From NCBI GenBank assembly GCA_002104905.1, contig MCFE01000396.1:17850-81849 (forward strand): a DNA stretch of 64,000 bases. The letters are read 5' to 3'. Each line of letters opens with the position of its first letter. The first letter of the stretch is position 1. Positions 12,827 to 29,942 of the stretch are shown one piece after another. This stretch comes from Basidiobolus meristosporus CBS 931.73. Its lineage: Eukaryota > Fungi > Basidiobolomycota. Made by a program: the position numbers and the translations under genes. The notes under the pieces are model-generated. The model made no database searches and was not told the DNA's origin. It saw only the letters and a program-made list of their open reading frames with translations.

Positions 12827-15800
12827 TTACGATTCTACAATGGGATGGAGCAGCCGTTTTTCCAGTGCCTCTATCCCGATGATATCTTGGTCGAAAATGA
12901 TTTGGTTGACCCATTCTATTTGTGCTTGATCGGCTTTGAGACGAAGATTTTCTTTGAGAATGGCTAGGCGATTCAGTGCCTCTTCGGTGCATCCCCGAAC
13001 CAAATGGATGATATGAAGTGTGAGATGGAAGGCTGTCTGTCCCTGTTAACTAAATGCGTTAATACACGTCGTCGAAGAAGCTGATGAAAGCCCAGTACCA
13101 AGTGGTCGTGTCTCAAGCTATCGAAATTCTCCTTCTCCAGCTGAAGCAGATCGATTGATGTGTTGAGACTATCCAAGTCAACTCCGTAGCTTCTCCACAG
13201 GCTCTCTACAATCCTCACAAATCGTAGCTCGTGGCTGGTTGGGTTGTCATCTGTGCCTTCACGTTCTATTGCCTCGTTTGTTTGGGGATTGTTTTCCAAC
13301 ATCCATTTTTCAACACCCAAGATCATTAAATACATCGAGCTTTTTTCAAATGCGCACCTCTGGTAGATCTTTACCGCCTCAGAGAATTCCCCTCTTCGGT
13401 GCGACTCTAAGGCATATCGGAAGAGACGCTCTGAAGTGGAAGGATCCTCAAGTATTTCTGCCAGGTCGGCAGCTGATCGAAGTGCTGATAGGTCGTTCCG
13501 CCGGGCTATTGCGTTGATGGCATCACTGCTTAGTTTGGCGGCGAGATAGCTTCGATCAAAACATTAGTTAACAGTTTACCATCGATTAAAAGCAATTCCA
13601 CATTGATGTTACCATTGACAGGCCTGCTCGTACAGCCCTTTTTGCTCCAACTGTGCAGCCCATTTGCACAGAACCTCAGTGATCAGTGGGTCTTCACTTG
13701 ACAACCGCAGCTTCGCAAGAATATAAGCCTCCCTGGCGGAATAGAATGCTTGGTGAAACTCCGCTCAAAAGCCGATAACCGTGGTTGCGCTTACTTGAAC
13801 AACTCTGCTTCGAGGTATACTTTCACGGCCTCATATATACAAGAACATCCGATGTAGAATATTACAGCAGTGTGGTAGTCACCAGATTTAGCAAGCTTGG
13901 AAGCGTAAGCCTGAAGAAAGCTCTTCCACATATCTTGTCCAGCTAGTAGAAAACAGTGAGTACATTAGGGGGTGAGTATCAAAGTAACCTCTATTACCCA
14001 TAGGACTTAGTGCTACTAAGGGCATATGACTAAGTGAGGGGTTATCAGAGTTGAGAACATCTGTCAAAGCGCCTTCTATATTTCCTTGCCACACAAGCAA
14101 CGGGAGCTGAAGGTCGGTGGTGTTTGGGTTTGTTTGCAATGCCTGGGCTAGAGATAGAAGGCAGATTTTAGAAAGGGATTATCAGGCAAAATGAGGGCCT
14201 AGAAGTTGCTATACACCTTCAATATCCAGAAGATTGAGCAACTCTCTTCTTTCGCCAAACAGCATCTCCACCATGTTTGTACTCTTTTTGTTGACAACGG
14301 GATCATCAAGATCTACACTTTGGTGCGCCCGTTTTTTGGCAAGATCTAAGCAATTTTGCTGCATGGTTTTTCGCGTCTCCGACATGAAGGCATTGCTGCT
14401 GCGTGGAAACATATTTGTTTTTCCCTTCTTTTCGTTGCTCCGCTTTTTTCTAGTCGAAGAAGCTGAGGCCAATGCGGGTGGTGGTTGCTTATTAATAGGG
14501 TCCTCAGGGATGTTTATTGGCGATGGTGGTGGTATATCAGCGGCTGTCTCCATGCTTGGTCTTTCTGGTTCAGTCATGGTGGCCCTGATCTTCTTAGAAG
14601 AGTCGTCTGGATTTTCTTTGAAATAGTCAGAACCAAGTCAAGTATTGATGGAGCTGGGAGGGTAATGAAATTGCTTACTCTTGGTAAATGGATGCTCCGA
14701 AGCTTTCCAAAGGCATACCATCTGCTCGTCCATCCCTACAAAGATTTGGTCTGGGTCTAGTATGGACCATGTAGTGCACATGGCTCTCCCACACTCCGCC
14801 TGGAATTGGGCCAATTTCTCCCCGGTCATCACATTCCAAACCTGTACATTGAAGTGTTTAGAACCTATTGTTGGGGCAGAGTTGAATCAAGTAGAGCAAT
14901 ACCACACAAGACCCATCAAAGGAGGTCGAGGCAAGTTTGTAAGGATCGGACCAAGACCAGCTCAAATCAGTGATGCCTTTTCGATGGCCACGTAGTAACT
15001 GGAACGACGAGGTTTGAGGAATAGGTACTTCAAACGTGTTAGTCTGTTAGCTATATGAGCAGAAGAAAGTAAATGCACCAACTATCGGTAGGCTCGGTCG
15101 CAGTGATGTCATGGATACAAACGGAGTTGTCATCGGATCCAGATGCAAGCCAGTATTTGATGGAATCTAGTGTTGAATGCAATGTATCAAGTCGGGTGTT
15201 CCGAAATCTCTGGCATATAGGCCTACCTGGCGAGCCGAGGGTTTCTGCTGGTACAGTGTGGACTCTCCATTTTAGCCTATTGATTGCCTGGCGTTGGCCA
15301 TTGAACCGATATGTCAGCCTGAATGAGGGCAGGTGGTACACCTCAAGCGAGCCATCGGCATTACCTAATGCGAGAAAGCGACCCAAGGGGTCCAGGGCCA
15401 CTTCGGAACGCTTCGGCAATGTCTGCTTTTTGTCCTTGGCACATAGATTAATTCACCGCACGATACAGCAGGCCTAAGATGAACTCACCTGAACGGTGTG
15501 CATCCACTCTGGGTTGTTCTTCTCGACGAACTCGTTGACATTCTTCGATGGTTTATCAGGTCGCTTGGTCTCGCTTACCAAAACCTTCCCATCGCCACCA
15601 CAAGTCAGCAATACCCACTCGTCGGATGGCTCGGCCTCGTCCAGGCTTGCTCTCTTACACCAATCGATAGAATAGACAGTAGATTTATGGTACGACTTGA
15701 AGGATTTGATCGTTTCGGTGTACACGTCAATCAGCCCGAAGTTTCCGGCATCAGTGCCGTATGACAAGACCCCTTCTTCCGAGGGGTGCCATTTGAGCTA

Positions 15801-17363
15801 ATGGATCAATATTAATCCAATGAAGACAAACAAGCACCGTCAAGTGGCAAATACCCTGGTAATCTTTCCTTTCAAGCCCTTCCATATGAGCTTGGAGTCA
15901 TAAGGCTTTTCTGGATCCATGTAGTTCCATACTCGGATGGTATTGTCCCCCAAGCCCATTGCTACTTTGGTTGGGTCTAGCTCGGACATGTCCAGAGAGT
16001 AGACAAACCCGCCTAAGCCTTGGATAAGCGTGGTTGGTCTCCTGCTTTCGGTGTTCCATAGAATAATCTGTATCTCGGGCGTTAGGTTGGAACGACCCCG
16101 CCATAAAACCATTGAAATACCTGTCGATCCATGGACGTCGTTATCATGCTCTGTCCGTTTCGCACAGGGACCATGCTGAACACACATCGTGAGTGGCCAT
16201 CCTTAAACCGATCTTTAATCCACCTTTCATCCTTTGTATCGCATATGATAATTTCCCCCCTAAACTAGACTAGTCAGCAACAGCTTGGTGAAAACAACCT
16301 AATGATAACCTACATGTATGAGCTGCAGATCAGCTTGTGTTGTGATTTGGGGTCCCACATCACCGATGTCCAAATACGCGATTTCTGCTGCTCAGTCAGA
16401 TGGCCCTTTGCTTTAGGAAGCTTGAGGCAGAAGACTTGCCGCTCATTTGGCACATCCCATACTTTGATACTTTTGTCACGGGAACCTGATGCCAAAGGCT
16501 TATACTCTGGGAGCAAGGTTACTTCAAGTATTGGTATGCCTGTACGCGCTGTAAGTACTCTACCAGCATTCGCTATATCCCAAGTGCTTGTCTGCCACGA
16601 CAAAGAATGGATCTCGTCATCATGCCCCTTCAACCTATAAAGCACGCTCATTTCCTCCTCGGTTGATATTTTAAGGATCAGCATAGATCCATTCTGGTAA
16701 CTATTAAACGGGTTAGAAAACCACCCTTCTATACTAGAATCGTAACTCATCTTACCCAACCGCGAAAACATTACTGTGTGTGGGTGACGCCTCAATACAA
16801 AATATCGCCGAGTTTTGAAAATTCCCCTTTTGATACTTTTCAGTAGTTGGGTTCCAGGCGATAATACCCCCTGTTTTGTCTCCTGAAAAAGAACAGAAAA
16901 TTTAGAAGCCTGCCCTTTCAACTAAGCTTGACGGAGTCTTAAACACCTGACACATAGAAATCTTCGTTGGTAGACCATGCCAGTGATTGAACTTCACTCT
17001 GTAAGAAAACATATCACTTCAGTTACCAACACCCAAAACCAAATCACTTTCTTGCTGTCTGCTAACCTTGTGCAACTCGTGAACACTAGATGTTGTTCGC
17101 TCTACCAAATCCCAACACTTTACTTTCTTATCACCACCAGCAGAAATACAAAATCTATCTAGCTTAGATGCCGCTATGGCATTGACTCGTACACTATGTG
17201 CGTACAAAAGCCCACGAAACTCTAGGGAAATTGCATCAAGTAGGATGATGGAGCTTCTGGCACCGTACAAAAATAGATCGGTGCTAGAGGAATAGCTGGA
17301 GACCTGCGAAGTATACCAGTTGGACGAAGGGGGGTATGCCTGGTACTTGCTTACAGCGGTCAT
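12827..17363 (-). CDS. GEMIN5: Gemin5 orthologue (two WD40 propellers plus TPR-like dimerisation module), multi-exon
   Basis: Starts YPPSSNWY (human LPPSPNWY). Also CIEASPTHSNVFAVGYQNG, LKGHDDEIHSLSW, LASGSRDKSIKVW, HSRCVF..TSMDRQ, LGGFVYSL..MGLGDNTIRVW..WKGLKGKIT..WHPSEEGVLSYGTDAG..YHKSTVYSIDW, WLASGSDD, and ILAKLRLSSEDPLITEVLCKWAAQLEQKGLYEQA (human [30 protein letters not shown]). The 3' end was spliced by hand to the TAA at 12827-12829 and is less certain. Confidence 0.85.
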
Positions 17364-17852
17364 GGAAAGAAAAGCAAATTTCACTTGGTGAATCTCGACC
17401 GATGGCTAAATTCGAGATTCAGGCCAACATTGTGACTAAAAATAGGCAACAATTCCCTCACGTATGATCCAATGACTGAGCACCCGGTCATTGTTTTGAG
17501 TAAACAATCTATCTAAAGCCAAGTCCTTTTCTTGCCAATGAAGCAGTAGTTGCCAAATTCGCGTGAAACGAGATCAATCATATTACTGGCTTAGTGACTG
17601 CCAATGACAGAATGTAGTAATTCGGCAAACAACCGTTCCCCTCTGTTTTACCACATTCAAGTCATACGTGATCTTGATCACACATCACACTCTAAACGAA
17701 AGCCTATGTGTAAACAATGACTCCTTAAATAGTTCAATTATTATGAATCCATTGATTACTCGAGGTACTGCTCCTATTAGTTACAGTTTTTTTTCTTAAA
17801 TATATCGCGCTTGCTGGTGCCAACCTATCCCTCTCTCTCTCCTGTTGCTGTC

Positions 17853-19713
17853 ATGAGTCAAAAAAATTTGGTTAGACGCGAGCTATTAGCCGGCACTGTT
17901 GTACGAGGTGATACTAGTCAGACCATCGATGCAGCTAAGCAAATAGCCGAGCTTGCTTCCAAAGATCCTTCTTCCCTAGCGCCGCATGCAAACGATCTTA
18001 TTATTGCTGTCACTCTTAAATTGTCCCTTCTGTTTGATTACGGGAAAATGGGCAACGTTTGGGCCCAACAGACCACGCATTTGCTGTCTGCCCTGACTAA
18101 ACTTTCTTCGGCCAATGAAGTGGCTAGTGTTCTAAAGTACGACGCACTCTACCAGCTGTTCACGCGACTGGTGAAGTATCTCCTTGACGATTTTGTCGAG
18201 AAACTCCCTGCTTCCGCAAAGGATTCATTGAACTCGGTATTTTGCAAGGTTGTGAAACGCGCCCATCCAAATGCTATATGCAGGTCAGTATCCAGTAAGA
18301 TCCGATGATTACTGCTGCCCGGTGATACTGACGGTTGATTGCAGAGTCCTGTTCAACACCTTTCTTCTTCACATCAACGGTCTCATCAAGAACGACGAAA
18401 ACACGGAAGAGCACTACAAGTGCTACGATATTGTCCAAAAGCTAATCTGGCGGGTGGCCAAAGGGCTGCGCGAGCAAATTAACCTCAAGAAGGTCAACCA
18501 GGAGAGGCTCCTGGCAGACATCAACCAGTTTCTGGAAAACTTTGATGCCCAGCAGTGGAGTTTGGTTACGCAGCGCTTAAGATTCACCAACAGCCCGTGG
18601 CAAACTGTGAAGGCCATATTGAGTCTCCTGATACACATTCACAAGGAAAAAATCTTCTCACGCCTTACCCTGATCCCTAACTCAACCCAAAGCCCAATCT
18701 ATATCAAGATTCTACACTCGCTGCAGAATTCCCCAGCGATCGGTAAGCAAAGGCACTTGGTATGTTCATCGGCCGATACTCACACCTTCTCCATGTAGAC
18801 CGCCGCTTACTGGAAGACAAATTCAATAGCTCCCAAGAGAACCTCGCCTCCTCCCCGAAGACCCGTAGCCGCTCCATCAGCCCAGTCCAAACCATGGATG
18901 ATCAGCTGGATCGAATTTTCCAGCGAATCCGACATGGATCCACGATGCATGATGTTGGTTATCTTCGATTCTCCCCATTTTTAGTTCATGCACTGATGTT
19001 GTTTCGCAGGGGGTGCAGGAGCTCAAGGAATTCCGTCTCAAGAACCCACAGGCGGAGGAAGCGGTAAAAAGCCGATTGGCCAAGCTCAGTCATGGTTTCC
19101 AGATGTACATCCGTCGATTTGCCTTGAGGCTTGATGGCGACTATCTTTCACGGCCGATGTCCGCCAGCTCCGATAGTCTAACCTCGTATCGATCACTTCA
19201 AACCGGATCCTCTACTCCAACCTCTACTCACACACTCAAAACTGCATCCACCACATCCCCCTCTGCCAAGTCCATCACAACCCCAACTTCTACACGGGCT
19301 CTCAAAACCGGATTAGCCTCCGCACAGTCTCTCAAAACCGGATTAGCCTCTGCACGGTCTCTCAAGACCGGCTCGGTTACCCCAACTATCCAACGTGGGA
19401 GTATGATCAGCAGCCCAAAAAAGTCGGTCTTCAGATCTACCAAATCTAAATCGCTTGCGATGTCGCTATCCATGTTCGAGGACCCTGATCGGAAAGGTAG
19501 CTTGTTGTGCCATCTCAGGCTTGAGTCAGTATTAACCTGCATATCACCTGTATAGCGACTCCACAGAAGGCTGTGGCCCCGGAGCGACTTGACTCCATCA
19601 AGAAGATGTTCGAGTATTCGGTAGGTGCTTGAATTTCTGTGCTCTCTCCTGTACGATTTCTGATCCCTATCCAGGGCCTTTCCAACACAAGAAGCAAAAT
19701 GGCTAGATCTTGA
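17853..19713 (+). CDS. Stand-alone protein homologous to the C-terminal helical region of XMAP215/ch-TOG (no TOG1-5 array), followed by a Ser/Thr/Lys-rich tail
   Basis: GDTSQTIDAAKQI, HANDLIIAVTLKL, LVKYLLDD, SLNSVFCKVVKRA, QKLIWRVAK, ERLLADINQF, WQTVKAILSLLIH and QELKEFRLKNP..FQMYIRR parallel the ch-TOG C-terminus (GDINTSIQALTQI, HIDQFLIATFMQL, LITLMLD, SVNLLVVKVLEK, MKCLWRMVR, DRILLDIHIF, IRTLKTLLHTL, ELYEYKKKY..FQSYVER). Five GT-AG introns; stop at 19711-19713. Confidence 0.75.
19301..19371 (+). repeat. 30-bp coding tandem repeat (about 2.4 copies; LKTGLASAQS / LKTGLASARS / LKTG)
   Basis: ctcaaaaccggattagcctc occurs at 19301 and 19331; ctcaagaccgg at 19361. Confidence 0.9.
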
Positions 19714-19925
19714 ATTGTCTGTATAAGAGCAAAAAATCCCACGCGAAACCCTTTTGTCTGGCATAGGAGGTTTTCTTCATTTTTCATGTAATTCATTGGT
19801 TTGTACGTTTATTATTGTTGACTGTCTCTAGAGATCTGTGGATTATGACAGTATTATAAAATGACTGGTATATTAAGTTGTGCTCATAAAAAAATGGGGC
19901 TCCTCGATAATATGTAGATGGCTGA

Positions 19926-20384
19926 TTACATACAGGTTCGATTCTTCAGAGAGCGGAAGTGGCTACGTCCCAGTACGTCGTCTCTTGTCGTCTCGGCAGC
20001 AGCCATGATTTTCTCCAACAAATTCGGTGGGACCTCAAGATCTACACAAGCCTGACGTAGGTTGACCAGCACCGCATCGAAGTTCGCATCATTAAGCTCT
20101 AATAACCGTTTGTGAACTGCTCGCATTTTACGAGTGTTTATCTCTCGTCCACCTAGCAGGTGCACCAGAAACACCGTTTGCATTCGCTCCAGTCGCTCGA
20201 TATTGATCCCTCTGAAGAATATCCTAGTGTCCTCAACGGTCACGTTGTAACGATAAAACTGTTTGACTATCTTTTCAACCTTTTCGACGCCCAATTCGGC
20301 CAGTACTGTTCCTTCCTTGGGCTCAATCAGATAGAGCTCGCCGCTGGCTTTAAACGGACAGCCGGTGGCATTGTCTTGGCTCAT
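19926..20384 (-). CDS. Group I (trHbN-type) truncated 2/2 haemoglobin, intronless, 152 aa
   Basis: QFY (B9 Phe, B10 Tyr), IFF (CD1 Phe), RLERMQTVFL (E7 Leu, E11 Gln), LGG, MRAVH (proximal F8 His), FDAV, terminal RDDVLG. Confidence 0.9.
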   Translation of the reverse strand: MSQDNATGCPFKASGELYLIEPKEGTVLAELGVEKVEKIVKQFYRYNVTVEDTRIFFRGINIERLERMQTVFLVHLLGGREINTRKMRAVHKRLLELNDANFDAVLVNLRQACVDLEVPPNLLEKIMAAAETTRDDVLGRSHFRSLKNRTCM

Positions 20385-20874
20385 TTCTCTGGATAACTAG
20401 TAAATAAATGGAAATATGTACAATTACAGGTGTGCGGGAAAGGAGTGGGTTTTGGTTTTCGGGAAAGCGAAGGAGGCCGACCCTTTTTAAACCTGCTGTG
20501 AAGGTTTTCTATTTGCCGGGAGTGGGGAGTGTGGTTGAAATTCAATGTTTGCTCATGTGTCATACATCAAGGTACCATTGCTGGAAATAGATTTACGTGA
20601 TCACAGTTGATCAAAGGCTGATATTTCTATTCAGGCCACCGCTGTCACCTTATCCACTTTGGGAATTAAAGGCCATATCCATCGACCCTATAATTCAATA
20701 GATTCCAATCTCAATTAGTTGCTTTTAGCTATATTGGCCTCGACTTTTCAGGCAGGCAGGTTCAGAAGTGTCCTAGATGGCTCTGCCAAGTATAACCTCT
20801 TTCATCAACTACGCCAATCATCTTCCATTTAAGGAGACAGACCGCTTCTCATAAATTACTGTTGAAGTTCGCTG

Positions 20875-20954
20875 ACTAGGCTTATGGACGGACTCGCTAT
20901 ACTGAGATTCTACGACTAAGCATATGGCGAACTCGCTATACTTTGGATTCTACG
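20875..20954 (+). repeat. Diverged 40-bp tandem duplication (2 copies), intergenic
   Basis: actaggcttatggacggactcgctatactgagattctacg is followed by actaagcatatggcgaactcgctatactttggattctacg. Confidence 0.7.
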
Positions 20955-21084
20955 CTAACCCTAAGTCTCGAGGTGTGGTGCTGGAAATACCCTGATCGTG
21001 ACTCACTTGGATTTCTAATAAAGCATCGGCCCAATAAACATTTATTATTCCTATTAATTGCTACTGATTATTGTCATGGGCCAT

Positions 21085-21468
21085 CTACTGTCGTCCACGA
21101 ACATACTGTGCAACAATGCTGGTAAAGTATTCTCCTTGATGGGCAGCTACCTCGAGCTCTTTCGAGGATGGCATTCTCGATCCATCCCCATTGGTGATGG
21201 TTCCAGCACCATAGGCACTTCCCCCGATCACGCCCGTGTTGTCACTCAGGTGGGGTGAGGTGAAGCCCAAGGGGACATAGATGATCCCATGGTGGGCAAG
21301 GGTGGTAAGCGAGGTCAGCGCTGTGGTCTCCTGCCCGCCGTGCTGAGAAGCGGTGGAGGTGAAGAAGGTCGCCATCTTCTTGGTGTATGCGCCACGGGCC
21401 CACAGGCCACCCGTGGTGTCCCAGAAGGCGCGCCATTGCCCTGGCATGGAGCCGTATCTGGTGGGCAT
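21085..21468 (-). pseudogene. 5'-truncated inverted duplicate of the WrbA/Pst2 gene (intact 127-aa ORF; pseudogene or neo-gene)
   Basis: Reverse complement of 23526-23909 with 7 differences in 384 nt by manual count. Similarity begins near 21477 and ends 2 nt after the stop codon. Confidence 0.8.
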
Positions 21469-21700
21469 CCCGAAGAGGAGTTCGGATGTGATGGAGATAG
21501 GAGAGGTAGCTATATAGTTTTCTAATGTTCCAAATGGAGGTTTTCCTCCACTGCAGTGTGGGATGAGCTCGTAATATTTGGTAATTGAAATGATCCCTTC
21601 GCAGCCATATGAGGCTTAATTTACCGGCAATGGGAAAGATTTATTTGTCAGTTCAAGGGCTCCACTACTCAAAACGTATTTACATCAATCTACCAGGTAA

Positions 21701-23004
<1,304 letters not shown>

Positions 23005-23285
23005 GTTGGGTGACTATCATACAAGTGCTTCAAGGCTATTACAATAAGTGATTTGTTGATATTATCTAAGCACTATATTGGTATGACAAAATCAACGTAA
23101 TTGCTCAGGTACTATGGTACTTACCTCAATGAAACTTGATCATCTCGTGTCCCCTAGATGTATATTAAAGTTCATTTAAGGCGACAATTTATCCGTCGGA
23201 AAATTATTCCAGTTTACGGTGTGCAATAAGCTATATAAATGGCTTTTCGATTGTTCGAGCAAAGGCCTAACCTGTATATTTCATC

Positions 23286-23909
23286 ATGACAGCACCAAAG
23301 ACCAAGATTTTCATCGTCATCTACACCGTCTACCAACACATCTACAAGATGGCCTTGGCCATCAAGGAGGGGGTTGAGAAGGTGGACAACGTCGAGGTCA
23401 CCATCTTCCAGGTGCCGGAGACTCTGTCCCAGGATCTACTGGACAAGATGCACGCCCCACCAAAGCCAGACATTCCGGTCATCACACCCGAGCTCATGGA
23501 AGAGGCGGACGGCCTCATCTTCGGGGTGCCCACCAGATACGGCTCCATGCCAGGGCAATGGCGCGCCTTCTGGGACACCACGGGTGGCCTGTGGGCCCGT
23601 GGCGCATACACCAAGAAGATGGCGACCTTCTTCACCTCCACCGCTTCTCAGCACGGCGGGCAGGAGACCACAGCGCTGACCTCGCTTACCACCCTTGCCC
23701 ACCATGGGATCATCTATGTCCCCTTGGGCTTCACCTCACCCCACCTGAGTGACAACACGGACGTGATTGGAGGAAGTGCCTATGGTGCTGGAACCATCAC
23801 CAATGGGGATGGATCGAGAATGCCATCCTCGAAAGAGCTCGAGGTAGCTACCCATCAAGGAGAATACTTTACCAGCATTGTTGCACAGTATGTTCGTGGA
23901 AGGCAGTAG
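23286..23909 (+). CDS. PST2: Flavodoxin-like NAD(P)H:quinone oxidoreductase (WrbA/Pst2/Ycp4 family), intronless
   Basis: IVIYTVYQH, IFQVPETL, ADGLIFGVPTRYG, FWDTTGGLW, FTSTASQHGGQETT, HHGIIYVPLG, GGSAYGAGT. TATATAAA at 23232-23239. Confidence 0.93.
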   Translation: MTAPKTKIFIVIYTVYQHIYKMALAIKEGVEKVDNVEVTIFQVPETLSQDLLDKMHAPPKPDIPVITPELMEEADGLIFGVPTRYGSMPGQWRAFWDTTGGLWARGAYTKKMATFFTSTASQHGGQETTALTSLTTLAHHGIIYVPLGFTSPHLSDNTDVIGGSAYGAGTITNGDGSRMPSSKELEVATHQGEYFTSIVAQYVRGRQ

Positions 23910-24209
23910 ATCACTTGATACAATAAATAAACCTAATTTTAATCAAATTATGAGTTATACCATAGCAACTATGACTAATCCTGGGAGAGTATTTACGCGT
24001 GGATTGGGTTCCCTGAAATCCATGGAGTGAAATTAAGCCTCAGTTGCACCCCAAATCCCCGCTTTCTCAACAATGCATCATAAATCAGTGATGGGGAAGC
24101 CCTACTTATATGTGAAATGCTACTAACCCCAATTGAAACCAAGTCGGGCACGAACCTGCTCAAAGGCAAACAATAGACCACACCTCTTCACAACCCTTCT
24201 TACGCTGAA

Positions 24210-24705
24210 ATGTTTGGCATCCGTTCTCTAGCTACCTCTGTTGCTCGTACCTCACCTCTTGTTCTTCGTGCAGCTCAACATGCCCGCACTACACAAGGTA
24301 TCTTCTAGCTTCCTCACAAATGGCTTTTTATACTGTATTTACGCACTTACTCACGCCTGATTTCATCTTGTAGTTGGTGCTCGTTTCTACTCTGCTCATG
24401 AGGAAGAATCTTTCGAAACTTTAACCGACCGTTATGTCAAGTTTTTCGAAGGCGTTGATGATGTCTTTGAGCTTCAGCGTGGTCTTAACAACTGCTTTGC
24501 ATATGACATGGTTCCCTCCCCCTTGGTTATTGAATCTGCCCTCAAAGCTGCCAGACGTGTAGATGATCTTGCTACCGCAGTTCGTGTTTTCGAAGGCTTA
24601 AAGCAAAAAGTCGAGAATGAAGGACAATACAAGCAATATCTGGAAGAACTAAAAGGTATTAGAGAGGAGCTTGGTGTCCCCACTAGAGAAGAGTTGGGTA
24701 TCTAA
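24210..24705 (+). CDS. COX6: Cytochrome c oxidase subunit Va/VI (Cox6), two exons
   Basis: Arg/Ala/Ser presequence, intron 24298-24374, then ESFETLTDRY..DVFELQRGLNNCFAYDMVPSPLVIESALKAARRVDDLATAVRVFEGLKQKVEN..PTREELG. Confidence 0.95.
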
Positions 24706-25045
24706 AGACGATCCAACCCCCACTCTTGTTTGGAGCTTCACTTGAAAGTTTTCAATTAGTTTGGACCTGAGTTCTCGCGTAAATAAACTATTGTCGTACA
24801 TAACCACATGGAACATTGTTTGCTGGCTGTTATTCTCATACCAGTCTATTTTCCGCAACTGACGGGTAGCTCTTCGTACAACCAGAATCTTGGTTTGGTG
24901 CATATGAATTGTGTCCAGTGCTGTATTGCTTCGTTACCCCGAAATCGCTAAGCCCTAATTTTGTAAATATTCGTCACGTGGAATACGTTGGTGAAAAACT
25001 CTGCTATTTCGGCTGCCAGTTGTTTCCTCGGTGAACACCTTCGAT

Positions 25046-29759
<4,714 letters not shown>

Positions 29760-29942
29760 AGAACACCCTTTTCAGAGATTCCATATATTAAACGATTGCA
29801 TCCCACAATATGACACGACGTTGATGATTTGGTATGGTCGAACGATGCTCGTATAGACTTGCCAAGTCTTTAATTTCATTAATATACGTTATGTACGATA
29901 AAAAAGTAATATGTAAAGCGGGAAGGCAGCGATGAGGGGCGC

